64,000 nucleotides of DNA from an uncultured Halobacteriales archaeon (GCA_964471665.1 CAYYHG010000002.1:3748-67747), one strand, 5' to 3'; positions 21,323 to 30,308 are shown, numbered from the stretch's first letter. Numbers and translations: made by a program. The notes: generated by a model not told the origin, from the letters alone.

Positions 21323-21799
21323 CTACCCGGACCCGGCGGTCAGGCGCTCGCCGTCGACGAACAACTTCTCTGCAGGCGGGCGACCCTCTGCGTAGCCGTC
21401 GTGGTACTCGAACAGCTGGAAGAGCGTTCCGGTGGGGTTGACCGGCGAGACGAACGCCTCGGTCCAGTCGCCCACGTCCCGGTAGTCGACCACCTCCAGG
21501 TCGGCCGTCTCCAGTGTGTCGACGACCGCGTCGATGTCGGCGACTTCCAGGGTGACGTGGTGGAGTCCAGGGCCGTGCTCGGCGAGAAAGTCGGTGAGGA
21601 AGGTATTCTCGGCCTCGGGTGCGATGAGTTCCAGCCGGGACGCGTCCCGGCCGAAGTCGTACTGTGCCCACCGGAACCCCGCGACGGTCTCGTCGACGAG
21701 TTTCCGGCAGCCAAGCGCGAACAGGACTGGTTCGGCCGTCTCGATGGCTTCGACGGCGATCCCGACGTGGTCGACACGGATGGGCGTGTCGTGGGTCAT
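21323..21799 (-). CDS. VOC-family protein (glyoxalase / methylmalonyl-CoA-epimerase-like)
   Basis: 158-aa ORF. Has VDHVGIAV and HHVTLEV, the paired beta-alpha-beta-beta-beta module motifs of the vicinal oxygen chelate fold. Confidence 0.8.
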   Translation of the reverse strand: MTHDTPIRVDHVGIAVEAIETAEPVLFALGCRKLVDETVAGFRWAQYDFGRDASRLELIAPEAENTFLTDFLAEHGPGLHHVTLEVADIDAVVDTLETADLEVVDYRDVGDWTEAFVSPVNPTGTLFQLFEYHDGYAEGRPPAEKLFVDGERLTAGSG

Positions 21800-21865
21800 G
21801 TGATGGTGTGATCGCGGGAGGTAATTATACCTCTCGGCGGCCCGGTTTCTCCGGGCACGTGTGAT

Positions 21866-21943
21866 AGGGACGGTTGTAGTTCTTTACCGGATCACCCGCC
21901 CGACGACGGGCGGTTGTCCTGGAAAACGGCTACAACCGTCCCT
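21866..21943. repeat. 78-nt compound palindrome (14-bp perfect outer inverted repeat plus inner GC hairpin)
   Basis: AGGGACGGTTGTAG (21866-21879) is complementary to CTACAACCGTCCCT (21930-21943). Inner stem CCGCCCG-acga-CGGGCGG. The architecture and the TTTACCGGATCACCCGC segment resemble the elements at 44037 and 51724. Confidence 0.8.
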
Positions 21944-22012
21944 GTGACTGGAGGCTGTGATCCGCGAACCCCACACGTCCCTCCACAGTCACCCAAACAC
22001 CGAGAACAGTTC

Positions 22013-23281
22013 CTAGTGAGAGATCCGCGTAATCTCGTCGACGGGCCACTGACTCAGGATCTCGACACCGTTCTCGCGGACGACGACCATCTCCTCGACG
22101 CGCACGCCCTGCCGGTCGGCGGGTTGCATCGTCTCGACAGCCATCGTCATGCCCTCCTCGATTTCGATGGGGTGGTCGGGCGAGAGCCCCCGCCAGATCA
22201 GCGGCACCTCGTAGAGTTGCAGACCCAGCCCGTGGGCCCAGTGGTTCGTGGTCATCTCCCAGAACTCCTCTGTGCCGTACCAGTCCATGTGCTCGCCCGT
22301 CTCGTCGGGAAACCCCTCGCAGATGTCGTCGGTCGTCGCGCCGGGTTCGATCCGTCCGAGCACGTCGTAGAGGTCGTCGCGCGCTTTCTCGTAGGCGTCT
22401 TCCTGCGCCCGGGTGGGCTGGCCCACGCTGAAGGTGCGGTAGTAACAGGAGCGATAGCCCATGAAGCCGACGTTGTAGAAGTCCGCGTACACCAGGTCGC
22501 CGGGCCGGATGATCCGGTCGGTGGTGTTGGCCTGGTGTTTGGGCCAGGTGTTCGGTCCCGACGTGAGATAGCCGCCCTGGACCATCGCGCCCAGCCGCCA
22601 GAGTTCCCGGACGGCGTCGCCCCACACCTCCGATTCGCGTTTTCCGGGCGCAACGCTCTCGGTGATCGCCTGGAAGCCCCCCTCGCAGATGGCTGCCACC
22701 TGGCGGAGACACTCGATCTCGTCGCGGGTTTTCGTCTTGCGCGCGTCGAGCATGAGTTCCGACGCGGTGGCGGTGTCGACGTCCACGCCGCGGTCCTCGA
22801 ACTTCCCGGCCAGCGACGCGTTGGCGACGTCGATGCCCATGGGTTCGCCGGCGACGCCGTACTCCTCCATTGCGGTGTAGACAGTCCCGGCCATTTTCTC
22901 TGTGAGCCAGTCCCGTGCCGAGTCGCGTCCGGACGCCCGCGGGACGTTGCCGAGACCAGGACAGGCGTACCGAATATCGTCGAGCCAGGGGCAGTTGAAC
23001 CGCTGGTTGGAGGCGTGGTCGGCCGTGTCCCAGTGGACGACGTCGCCATCTTCGGTGAGCAGCGTGTAGTGGTCGGCGCCGCTGCCGCCCGTCATCGCCA
23101 GCCCCGTGACGTAACGGACGTTCGGGTCGTCGATGAGCAGCATCGATCCGAGGGCCGAGTCCTCCAGTCGCTCCAGGGCGCGGTCCTTGCGGTCGCGGCG
23201 GAGGCGTTGCGTGTCGACGCGTTCCTCCCAGTCGACGGCCATCGTGCCGCGGGTCCCCTCCATGAAACTGCGTTCGTACAT
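22013..23281 (-). CDS. M24-family (creatinase/prolidase-fold) hydrolase
   Basis: Track ORF 22013..24115 trimmed to the ATG at 23281 (MYERSFMEG); alternative ATGs at 23263 and 23242. Pita-bread fold motifs GDLVYADF...GYRSCYYRTF, HWAHGLG, MAVET, VRVEEM. Confidence 0.8.
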   Translation of the reverse strand: MYERSFMEGTRGTMAVDWEERVDTQRLRRDRKDRALERLEDSALGSMLLIDDPNVRYVTGLAMTGGSGADHYTLLTEDGDVVHWDTADHASNQRFNCPWLDDIRYACPGLGNVPRASGRDSARDWLTEKMAGTVYTAMEEYGVAGEPMGIDVANASLAGKFEDRGVDVDTATASELMLDARKTKTRDEIECLRQVAAICEGGFQAITESVAPGKRESEVWGDAVRELWRLGAMVQGGYLTSGPNTWPKHQANTTDRIIRPGDLVYADFYNVGFMGYRSCYYRTFSVGQPTRAQEDAYEKARDDLYDVLGRIEPGATTDDICEGFPDETGEHMDWYGTEEFWEMTTNHWAHGLGLQLYEVPLIWRGLSPDHPIEIEEGMTMAVETMQPADRQGVRVEEMVVVRENGVEILSQWPVDEITRISH

Positions 23282-23361
23282 GCTGGTTCGACGTTGCGTG
23301 AGTGGTGTAATCAAACTCCGGATTCCGGATCGGAGTTTGTGGTGAAATCGTCGCGACTCGA

Positions 23362-24648
23362 TCACCGATGGTCGTACACGCGCTGGACCTTCCCGACCTC
23401 GGTGCGCGCGACCGAGCCGGGCGGGACGATGTCGAGACCGTCGGGAGTGAACGCCAGCACCGCGTCGAGTTCCTCCAGCACCGCCTCCCGGAGTGTCTCG
23501 TCGCTCCTGGTCGCGTCCTCGGCCTTCTCGACGGTGAGTTCCATCACGTCCAGGTTGTCCTCCTCGTAGAGGTCGACGCGGTAGTGTGGCGCGATCCCGT
23601 CGATGTCGAGAACCGTGTCCTCGATCTGGCTGGGATAGAGGTTGATCCCGCGGACGATCAGCAGGTCGTCGGTGCGGCCGGTGACGTTGTCCATCCGGAC
23701 CATCGTCCGGCCACACTCGCACTGTTCGTAGGTCAGCGAGGTCAGGTCGCCGGTGCGGTACCGGAGGACGGGCAGGGCCTCCTTGCTCAGCGTCGTGAGG
23801 ACGAGTTCGCCTTCCTCGCCCTCGTCGAGGGGTTCGCCGGTGTTCGGATCGACGACCTCCGGGAAGAACCGATCCTCCCAGACGTGCAGGCCGTCCTGGG
23901 CCTCGTGACACTCGATGGAGACGCCGGGGCCGACAATCTCCGAGAGGCCATAGAGGTCGATGCCGGTCACGCCCAGACGCTGTTCGATCTCCTCGCGCAT
24001 CGGGTCCGTGCAGGGTTCGGCACCGAAGACGATGGTCTCGACGGGCAACTCGCGGGGGTCGTGGCCCAGGTCCGCCGCCGTCTCGGCGAGGTACAGCGAG
24101 TAGGAGGGCGTACACGCCAGCACGTCACTCCCGAGGTCGACCATCATCTCGACCTGTTTTTTGGTGTCCCCGCTCCCCATCGGGATGACCGACGCGCCGA
24201 GTTCCTCGGCGCCGTGTTCGAGGCCGTGACCACCGGTGAAGAGACCGTACCCGTACGCGTTCTGGACGGTCGCGCCCGGTTCGACGCCAGCGGCAGCCAG
24301 CGAGCGGGCCATCACCTCCCGCCACACGCCCAGATCCGACTCCGTGTAGGCGACGACCTTCGGTTTGCCCGTCGTCCCGGAGGAGGCGTGGATCCGGCGG
24401 ACCTCGTCGCGGTCGACGGCCAACAGGCCGTCGGGATACTCCTCGCGGAAGTTCTCCTTGGTGGTCATCGGCAACTGCGTGACGTCCTCGGGGCTCCGGA
24501 CGTCGTCGGGTTCGACGCCAGCCTCGTCCAGTTTCGACCGGTAGAAGGGAACGTTCTCGTAGGCGGCCGCGACCGTCTCCCGTAATCGCTGGGCCTGAAG
24601 CTCCCGTATCTCCGCGCGTTCGCTGGTCTCGACGGGTTTGTGTGCCAT
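23362..24648 (-). CDS. paaK: Phenylacetate--CoA ligase
   Basis: ATG at 24648 (MAHKPVETSERAEIRELQAQRLRETVAAAYENVPFYRSKLDEAGV). SSGTTGKPK AMP-binding motif. Length and N-terminal pattern are typical of PaaK. Confidence 0.9.
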   Translation of the reverse strand: MAHKPVETSERAEIRELQAQRLRETVAAAYENVPFYRSKLDEAGVEPDDVRSPEDVTQLPMTTKENFREEYPDGLLAVDRDEVRRIHASSGTTGKPKVVAYTESDLGVWREVMARSLAAAGVEPGATVQNAYGYGLFTGGHGLEHGAEELGASVIPMGSGDTKKQVEMMVDLGSDVLACTPSYSLYLAETAADLGHDPRELPVETIVFGAEPCTDPMREEIEQRLGVTGIDLYGLSEIVGPGVSIECHEAQDGLHVWEDRFFPEVVDPNTGEPLDEGEEGELVLTTLSKEALPVLRYRTGDLTSLTYEQCECGRTMVRMDNVTGRTDDLLIVRGINLYPSQIEDTVLDIDGIAPHYRVDLYEEDNLDVMELTVEKAEDATRSDETLREAVLEELDAVLAFTPDGLDIVPPGSVARTEVGKVQRVYDHR

Positions 24649-24727
24649 GGTTCGTCCGGGACGTTCGGCAACGATCACAAAAAAGGGTGGGGAAAACTAC
24701 TTTTCCGCAACCGGGCAAGCCGGAGGC
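24649..24727. promoter_or_regulatory. Divergent promoter region between paaK and the thiolase operon
   Basis: 79-nt spacer between two divergent start codons. Contains an A/T-rich stretch, cacaaaaaagggtggggaaaactactttt. No transcript data. Confidence 0.4.
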
Positions 24728-25906
24728 ATGCGAGACGCGTACATCATCGGTGCGGGGCAGACGTCGTTCGGCGCGACACCGGAGGAGAGTTACCGCTCGC
24801 TGTTCGGGACCGCCTTCGACCGGGCAGTCGGGAGCGTCCCCGGTGGCCTCGACGCCGACGACATCGACGAGGCGGTCGTCGGCACGCTGGGCGTCGGCGG
24901 CCGTCAACTCGGCCTTCCGGGGCCGGCGGTGACCGAACACGTCGGCCTGCACGGAATTCCGTGTTCGCGGATCGAGAACGCCTGTGCGGCCTCGGGCTAC
25001 GCGGTCCGGCAGGCCGTCCAGGCGGTCCGCAGCGGGATGGCGGACGTCGTCCTCGCAGGCGGCGTCGAGGTGATGTCCGACACGAGCAGCGACGTCACGA
25101 AGTACTGGCTGGGCGTCTCCGGGGAGACAGAGTGGGAACGCCTGACCGGCACGACGTTCGCCGGGGTCTACGCACAGATGGCCAGCGCCTACCTCGAGGC
25201 GTACGGGGCCACGCCGGAGCACCTGTCGATGGCGGCGGTCAAGAACCACAGAAACGGCGCACGGAACCCCAAGGCACACCTCTCTTTCGAGTGTTCGCTC
25301 TCCGAGGCCACCGACGCGCCGGTCGTCGCGGACCCGCTCAACCTCTACCACTGCTGTCCGACCTCCGACGGCGCGGCGGCGGTCCTCGTCGCGAGCGAGG
25401 ACGCCGTCGACGCCTACACGGACGACCCTGTCCGCGTCGCGGGTGTCGGTGCGGCAAGCGAACGCGTCGGCCTGTTCCAGCGGGACAGCTACACGAGGAT
25501 TGCCGCGTCCGAGCGGGCCGCCGAGCGTGCCTACGGGCGTGCCGGTGTCGAGCCCGGCGAACTGGATTTCGCGGAGGTTCACGACTGCTTTACCATCGCA
25601 GAACTGCTGGCCTACGAGGACCTCGGGTTCTGTGAGCGCGGGGACGCGTCCCGGTTGCTCGAAGAGGGCGTCACGGACCTGGACGGTTCGCTGCCGGTCA
25701 ACCCCTCCGGCGGGCTGAAATCGAAGGGCCACCCGATCGGCGCGACCGGCGCCGGCCAGATCACGGAGGCCTTCGAACAGCTGACCGGACGGGCCGGCGA
25801 CCGGCAGATCTCCGGGGCGGCCCGCGGACTGACCCACAACGTCGGGGGCAGCGGCGGCGCCGCAGTCGTGCACATCCTCGAACGCGAAGCGGAGGTGGCC
25901 CGATGA
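24728..25906 (+). CDS. Thiolase-domain protein (archaeal/SCP-x-type acetyl-CoA acyltransferase)
   Basis: ATG at 24728 (MRDAYIIGAGQTSFG). Nucleophile motif IENACAASG, GHPIGATGAGQ, C-terminal NVGGSGGAAVVHIL. The stop overlaps the next start (ATGA). Confidence 0.85.
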   Translation: MRDAYIIGAGQTSFGATPEESYRSLFGTAFDRAVGSVPGGLDADDIDEAVVGTLGVGGRQLGLPGPAVTEHVGLHGIPCSRIENACAASGYAVRQAVQAVRSGMADVVLAGGVEVMSDTSSDVTKYWLGVSGETEWERLTGTTFAGVYAQMASAYLEAYGATPEHLSMAAVKNHRNGARNPKAHLSFECSLSEATDAPVVADPLNLYHCCPTSDGAAAVLVASEDAVDAYTDDPVRVAGVGAASERVGLFQRDSYTRIAASERAAERAYGRAGVEPGELDFAEVHDCFTIAELLAYEDLGFCERGDASRLLEEGVTDLDGSLPVNPSGGLKSKGHPIGATGAGQITEAFEQLTGRAGDRQISGAARGLTHNVGGSGGAAVVHILEREAEVAR

Positions 25907-27372
25907 GCGACGGTGACGAGCATGGTCGGACCGAAGACGCCGCTGGACGGCCAGCGCTCGCTGGCGTCGGCGCGTACGCCCCCCGCCTCCGGATCGACGC
26001 CGCGGCCTTCGAGGACGCGTGGGGACGGTTCGAGGCCAGCGGAATCGAGGAGAAAGCGGTCCCCGAGGCCGACGAGGACGCGCTGACGATGGCTGTCGCG
26101 GCGACCCGGCGGGCGCTTGCTGTGGCCGGGTACGGGGGCAGCGACGTCGCTCATCTGGCGCTGGCGACGACCACGCCGCCCATGGAAGAGGAGGACCTGG
26201 CAGCGCGGCTGGCGAGCGTGGTCGGCGCGACGGAGGGAGTCTCTACCCACACCGCTACCGGCAGCACGCGCGCCGGCGGACAGGCCCTCGACGCGGCCCT
26301 CGACGCCGGGCCGTGGGGCGAGCGCGTCGGCGTCGTGGTCGCCAGCGACTGTCCGCGGGGCACGCCCGACAGCGCGGTCGAACACGCCGCAGGTGCCGGT
26401 GCGGGGGCGGTCGTCCTGGTCAGCGACGGCCGGGGACCCATCCTGGACCGGGCCAGCCACGTCGAGCCCTATCCGGGAACGCGGTTCCGCCCGGCCGGTG
26501 ACGGCGAGACCGCGAGTCTGGGCGTCACCCAGTACGACCGCGATTCGTTCACGTCGGCGCTGGGCGGGGCCGTGGAGGAGCTCCGGGCCGATCCCGACGC
26601 CGACGCGGCGGCCGTCCAATCGCCAGACGGGAAGCTCCCCTACCGGGCGGCGAGCGCGCTGGGCGTCGACAGCGAGACCATCGCGGCCGCCGAGACTGTC
26701 AGCGACCTGGGCGACACCGGCACAGCGAGTGTCTTCCTCGGGCTGGCGCGGGCGCTGGCGGACGGTGCCGACCGCGTGCTGGTGGCGGCCTACGGGAGCG
26801 GTGCCGGTGCGAACGTGTTCCTGGTCGAGGCCGGCGGCGTGCCCGTCGACGCCGCGCTGACCGGCGGAGAGGAACTGACCTACCCCGAGTACCTCCGCCG
26901 GCGCGGCGAGATAACGAGCGGCGAGCCGGAGGGCGGGGGTGCCTACGTCAGCGTGCCGTCCTGGCAGCGGACCATCCCACAGCGTCACCGCCTCGTCGCG
27001 GGCCGATGTCAGTCGTGTCGCGCGCTGAACTTCCCACCCAGCGGGGCGTGTCTCGACTGTGGCGACCGCGTCGCGTACGACCGCGTCGAACTCCCCGGCA
27101 CCGGACGTGTCGAGGCGACCACGACCATCGCCCAGGGCGGCGCGCCCCCGGAGTTCGTCGAGCAGCAATCGCGGAGTGGCACCTTCGTCAGCGCGGTGAT
27201 CGGGTTCGGCGGCCCCGAGGGTGGATCGGTGAGCGTCCCGGCACAGGTGCTCGCCGGCGGCCGCGAGGTGGCTGTGGGTGACGAGGTGGTGACGACGATT
27301 CGCCGCGTCTACGAGCAGGAGGGTGTGATCCGGTACGGATTCAAGGCGCAGTTGCTGGAACTGCAGCGATAG
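25903..27372 (+). CDS. HMG-CoA-synthase-like (condensing-enzyme fold) domain fused to a DUF35-type Zn-ribbon/OB-fold domain
   Basis: 489-aa ORF. The N-terminal ~340 aa resemble archaeal HMGCS (GVGAYAPRLRI, EKAVPEADEDALTMAVAA, AVEHAAGAGAGAV, AAYGSGAG). The C-terminal ~130 aa carry CQSCRALNFPPSGACLDCG followed by an OB-like segment, as in DUF35 proteins. Confidence 0.75.
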   Translation: MSDGDEHGRTEDAAGRPALAGVGAYAPRLRIDAAAFEDAWGRFEASGIEEKAVPEADEDALTMAVAATRRALAVAGYGGSDVAHLALATTTPPMEEEDLAARLASVVGATEGVSTHTATGSTRAGGQALDAALDAGPWGERVGVVVASDCPRGTPDSAVEHAAGAGAGAVVLVSDGRGPILDRASHVEPYPGTRFRPAGDGETASLGVTQYDRDSFTSALGGAVEELRADPDADAAAVQSPDGKLPYRAASALGVDSETIAAAETVSDLGDTGTASVFLGLARALADGADRVLVAAYGSGAGANVFLVEAGGVPVDAALTGGEELTYPEYLRRRGEITSGEPEGGGAYVSVPSWQRTIPQRHRLVAGRCQSCRALNFPPSGACLDCGDRVAYDRVELPGTGRVEATTTIAQGGAPPEFVEQQSRSGTFVSAVIGFGGPEGGSVSVPAQVLAGGREVAVGDEVVTTIRRVYEQEGVIRYGFKAQLLELQR

Positions 27373-27713
27373 TGGGTGGCGGCCGTTCGCTCGGCGTCCC
27401 GGTACGGAGATCTGTGACGTCAGCAACTGGCAGGGAAGTTCCCGACCGCTGTCTGGGAATTGCCACCTGTTCTTCTACCGAGACTGCCGAGACCAGTCAG
27501 AGAGCCCCCGGCCGCTTTCAGTCCCACCACATCCGACGGTAGGTCTGTCCGCCCCGGGTTGTGCGGCCTCGGCGGTGTCCGCCTGGCACGCGTTCCCGGC
27601 CCCGCGGCGGCGCGCGCTGTCGGGAGTCTCGTACGAACGACCCAGCGCGCGAGGGACGAGGAGCGCAGCGTAGCGAGCAAGCCTTTTGCCGCCAGGCACA
27701 CTCCCCGTCAACC

Positions 27714-28637
27714 ATGCACGTAGCCGTACTCGGAGCCGGAACCATGGGCCACGGGATCGCCCAGGTGGCGGCGATGGCCGGCCACGAGGTGTGGATCCGC
27801 GATATCGAAGCGGACATCGTCGAGGACGGTCTGTCAGCGATCGAGTCCAACCTCGAAGGCGGCGTCGAACGCGACTTGGTCACCGACGCGGAGATGACCG
27901 CCACCCTCGAACGCCTCTCGGGCACCACGTCCCTGGCCGAGGCCGTCGAGGACGCGGATCTCGTCGTCGAGGCGGTCCCCGAGGAGATGGACCTGAAACG
28001 GGAGACGTGGACAGCAGTGGAGTCACACGTCGACAGCGACGCAGTCGTCGCGACCAACACGTCGTCGCTGTCGGTCACCGGGATCGCGAGCGCCCTCGAA
28101 GACCCGGAGCGGGCCGTCGGACTCCACTTTTTCAACCCTGTCCACATCATGGAGCTCGTCGAGGTGGTCGTCGCCGAACAGACCAGCCAGGAGACACTCG
28201 CCGCCGCCCGCGAGTTCGTCGCAGACATCGACAGGACCCCGGTCGAGGTGACCGACTCCCCGGGCTTTGCGTCCTCACGGCTGGGCGTCGCACTGGGTGT
28301 CGAGGCGATGCGGATGGTCCAGGAGGGTGTTGCAAGCCCCCGGGACGTCGACACCGCGATGGAACTGGGGTACAACCACCCGATGGGGCCGATCGAACTC
28401 GGCGACCTGGTCGGACTCGACGTCCGGCTCGACATCCTCGAGCACCTGCGCGAGGAACTCGGCGAGCGGTTCCGGCCACCGCAGATACTGAAACGGAAGG
28501 TCCGGGCGGGGAAACTCGGCAAGAAGAGTGGCGAGGGATTCTACGTCTGGAAAGACGGTGCGGTCGTCGGCACGAGCGGCGATACCGGAACGAACGAAGA
28601 CGTCGAAGCGAGCGGCGACCGGGGAGACCAGCGATGA
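27714..28637 (+). CDS. 3-hydroxyacyl-CoA dehydrogenase (3-hydroxybutyryl-CoA dehydrogenase family; PaaH-like)
   Basis: ATG at 27714 (MHVAVLGAGTMGHGIAQV). NAD-binding GxGxxG, TNTSSLS, HFFNPV and GFASSRL motifs. Confidence 0.9.
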   Translation: MHVAVLGAGTMGHGIAQVAAMAGHEVWIRDIEADIVEDGLSAIESNLEGGVERDLVTDAEMTATLERLSGTTSLAEAVEDADLVVEAVPEEMDLKRETWTAVESHVDSDAVVATNTSSLSVTGIASALEDPERAVGLHFFNPVHIMELVEVVVAEQTSQETLAAAREFVADIDRTPVEVTDSPGFASSRLGVALGVEAMRMVQEGVASPRDVDTAMELGYNHPMGPIELGDLVGLDVRLDILEHLREELGERFRPPQILKRKVRAGKLGKKSGEGFYVWKDGAVVGTSGDTGTNEDVEASGDRGDQR

Positions 28638-29443
28638 GCCTCGCAGACGTCGCCGCGGACTGCGAGACAGTCGAGGTCACCGTCGGCGAACGAGCCGAGT
28701 ACGTCGCGACGGTGGCGATAAACCGTCCGGACGCGCGCAACGCCCTGAACGGACAGGTACGGACCGAACTGGCGTCGGTCTTCGACGCAATCGGGGACAG
28801 CGACGTCCGGGTGGTCGTCCTGACGGGTGCCGAGGGGACGGGTGCGTTCGTGGCGGGGGCGGACGTGACCGAACTCCGCGAGCGGGACGCGCTCGAACAG
28901 CGCGAGGCCAGCAAGCGACCGCGTGTCTACGAGGTCGTCGACGACTGCCCGATCCCCGTGATCGCGCGGGTCAACGGCCACGCCCTGGGCGGGGGGTGTG
29001 AACTGACGCAGGCCTGTGACCTCCGCGTCGCCCACGAGGCCGCGAAACTCGGCCAACCGGAGATCGGTCTCGGCCTCATGCCCGGCGGCGGCGCCACGCA
29101 GCGACTCCCACGACTCGTCGGCGAAGGCCACGCCATGCGGCTCGTCCTCACGGGAGAGCTCGTCGACGCCCAGGAGGCCGCGGAGATCGGCCTCGTCGAG
29201 GAGGTCCACGGCGACGACTCGTTCGACGACCGCGTCGACGAACTGGCGGCGTCGATGGCCGAGAAGAGCCCCGTCGCGCTGGAGTTCGCGAAAAAATCCA
29301 TCGAGGCAGCCTCGCGGATGGACCTCGAGGCGGGCGTCGAGTACGAGGCCGAACTGTTCGCGCAACTGTTCGCCACCGAGGACAAAGACGAGGGCATCGA
29401 CGCGTTCCTCGAAAACCGCGATCCGGAGTGGCACGGACGGTAA
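28634..29443 (+). CDS. Enoyl-CoA hydratase/isomerase (crotonase family; PaaF-like)
   Basis: The ATG at 28634 overlaps the upstream stop. Crotonase motifs FVAGADV, NGHALGGGCEL, GLMPGGGATQRLPR. Confidence 0.9.
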   Translation: MSLADVAADCETVEVTVGERAEYVATVAINRPDARNALNGQVRTELASVFDAIGDSDVRVVVLTGAEGTGAFVAGADVTELRERDALEQREASKRPRVYEVVDDCPIPVIARVNGHALGGGCELTQACDLRVAHEAAKLGQPEIGLGLMPGGGATQRLPRLVGEGHAMRLVLTGELVDAQEAAEIGLVEEVHGDDSFDDRVDELAASMAEKSPVALEFAKKSIEAASRMDLEAGVEYEAELFAQLFATEDKDEGIDAFLENRDPEWHGR

Positions 29444-29537
29444 TTAGCGCGTCCGCACCCGGGCGTCGCGGTCGATGGTCCGGGAGCCGTCGCCGACAGG
29501 GCTGGACGCGTCTCCGACAGAGATTCGACCGAAGCTA

Positions 29538-30308
29538 TTAGACGTGTGCGAGGTTGATGGTGATCTCGTTGACCGTTCCGAGCAACAGGCTGGGGAGTTC
29601 CTCGCGCAGCAGCGAGCCCTCGAGGCGGTTCGCCGGCCCGGAGATACTGATCGCGCCGATGGCGACGTCGTCCTCGTCGGTGATCGGGGTACCGACCGCG
29701 TGCAGGGCCTCGACGGACTCCTCGAAGTTGAACGCGTACCCGCGCTCGCGTATCTCCGCGAGGTCGGCCCTTAGTTCGTCTGGGTCGGTGATCGTGTGTG
29801 GCGTCCGTGCGGGGAGGCCGTGTGTCTCGATTATCTCGTCGACGCGGCCGTCGGGGAGGTTCGCCAGGATGGCCTTCCCGGCGGCGTGCTGGTGGAGGTA
29901 GTTGCGGTGGCCGACGCGGGCGTGGGTACGGACCGAGTGTTTCCCGCGGGCACCGTAGATGTGGACGCTCCGGCCGTGTTCCTCGACGGTACACCAGATC
30001 TTCTCCTCGGTCTCGGCGGCCAGTTCGTCCACTTTCGGTTTCGCCTCCTCGAAGAGGGTGTACTTCTCGCGGGCGACGACGCCGTAGTCCAGAAACCGCA
30101 CGCCCAGGCGGTACCCCTCTTCGTCCCGGACGACGAGACTGTTCGCCTCCAGCGTCCTGACGTGTCTGTGGACGGTGCTCTTGGCACAGTCGAACTCCTC
30201 GGCGAGGTCTGCCATCGTCGCCGGCCCCTGACGCTTGAGGTAGTCGACAACGTCGACCGCGCGTTCGACTGTTTCGACCGGCCGATCCACGTCGGTCGGG
30301 ATGGACAT
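29538..30308 (-). CDS. IclR-family transcriptional regulator
   Basis: 256-aa ORF. wHTH MADLAEEFDCAKSTVHRHVRTL and an IclR effector domain. Divergent from the ThDP-enzyme gene. Confidence 0.85.
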   Translation of the reverse strand: MSIPTDVDRPVETVERAVDVVDYLKRQGPATMADLAEEFDCAKSTVHRHVRTLEANSLVVRDEEGYRLGVRFLDYGVVAREKYTLFEEAKPKVDELAAETEEKIWCTVEEHGRSVHIYGARGKHSVRTHARVGHRNYLHQHAAGKAILANLPDGRVDEIIETHGLPARTPHTITDPDELRADLAEIRERGYAFNFEESVEALHAVGTPITDEDDVAIGAISISGPANRLEGSLLREELPSLLLGTVNEITINLAHV

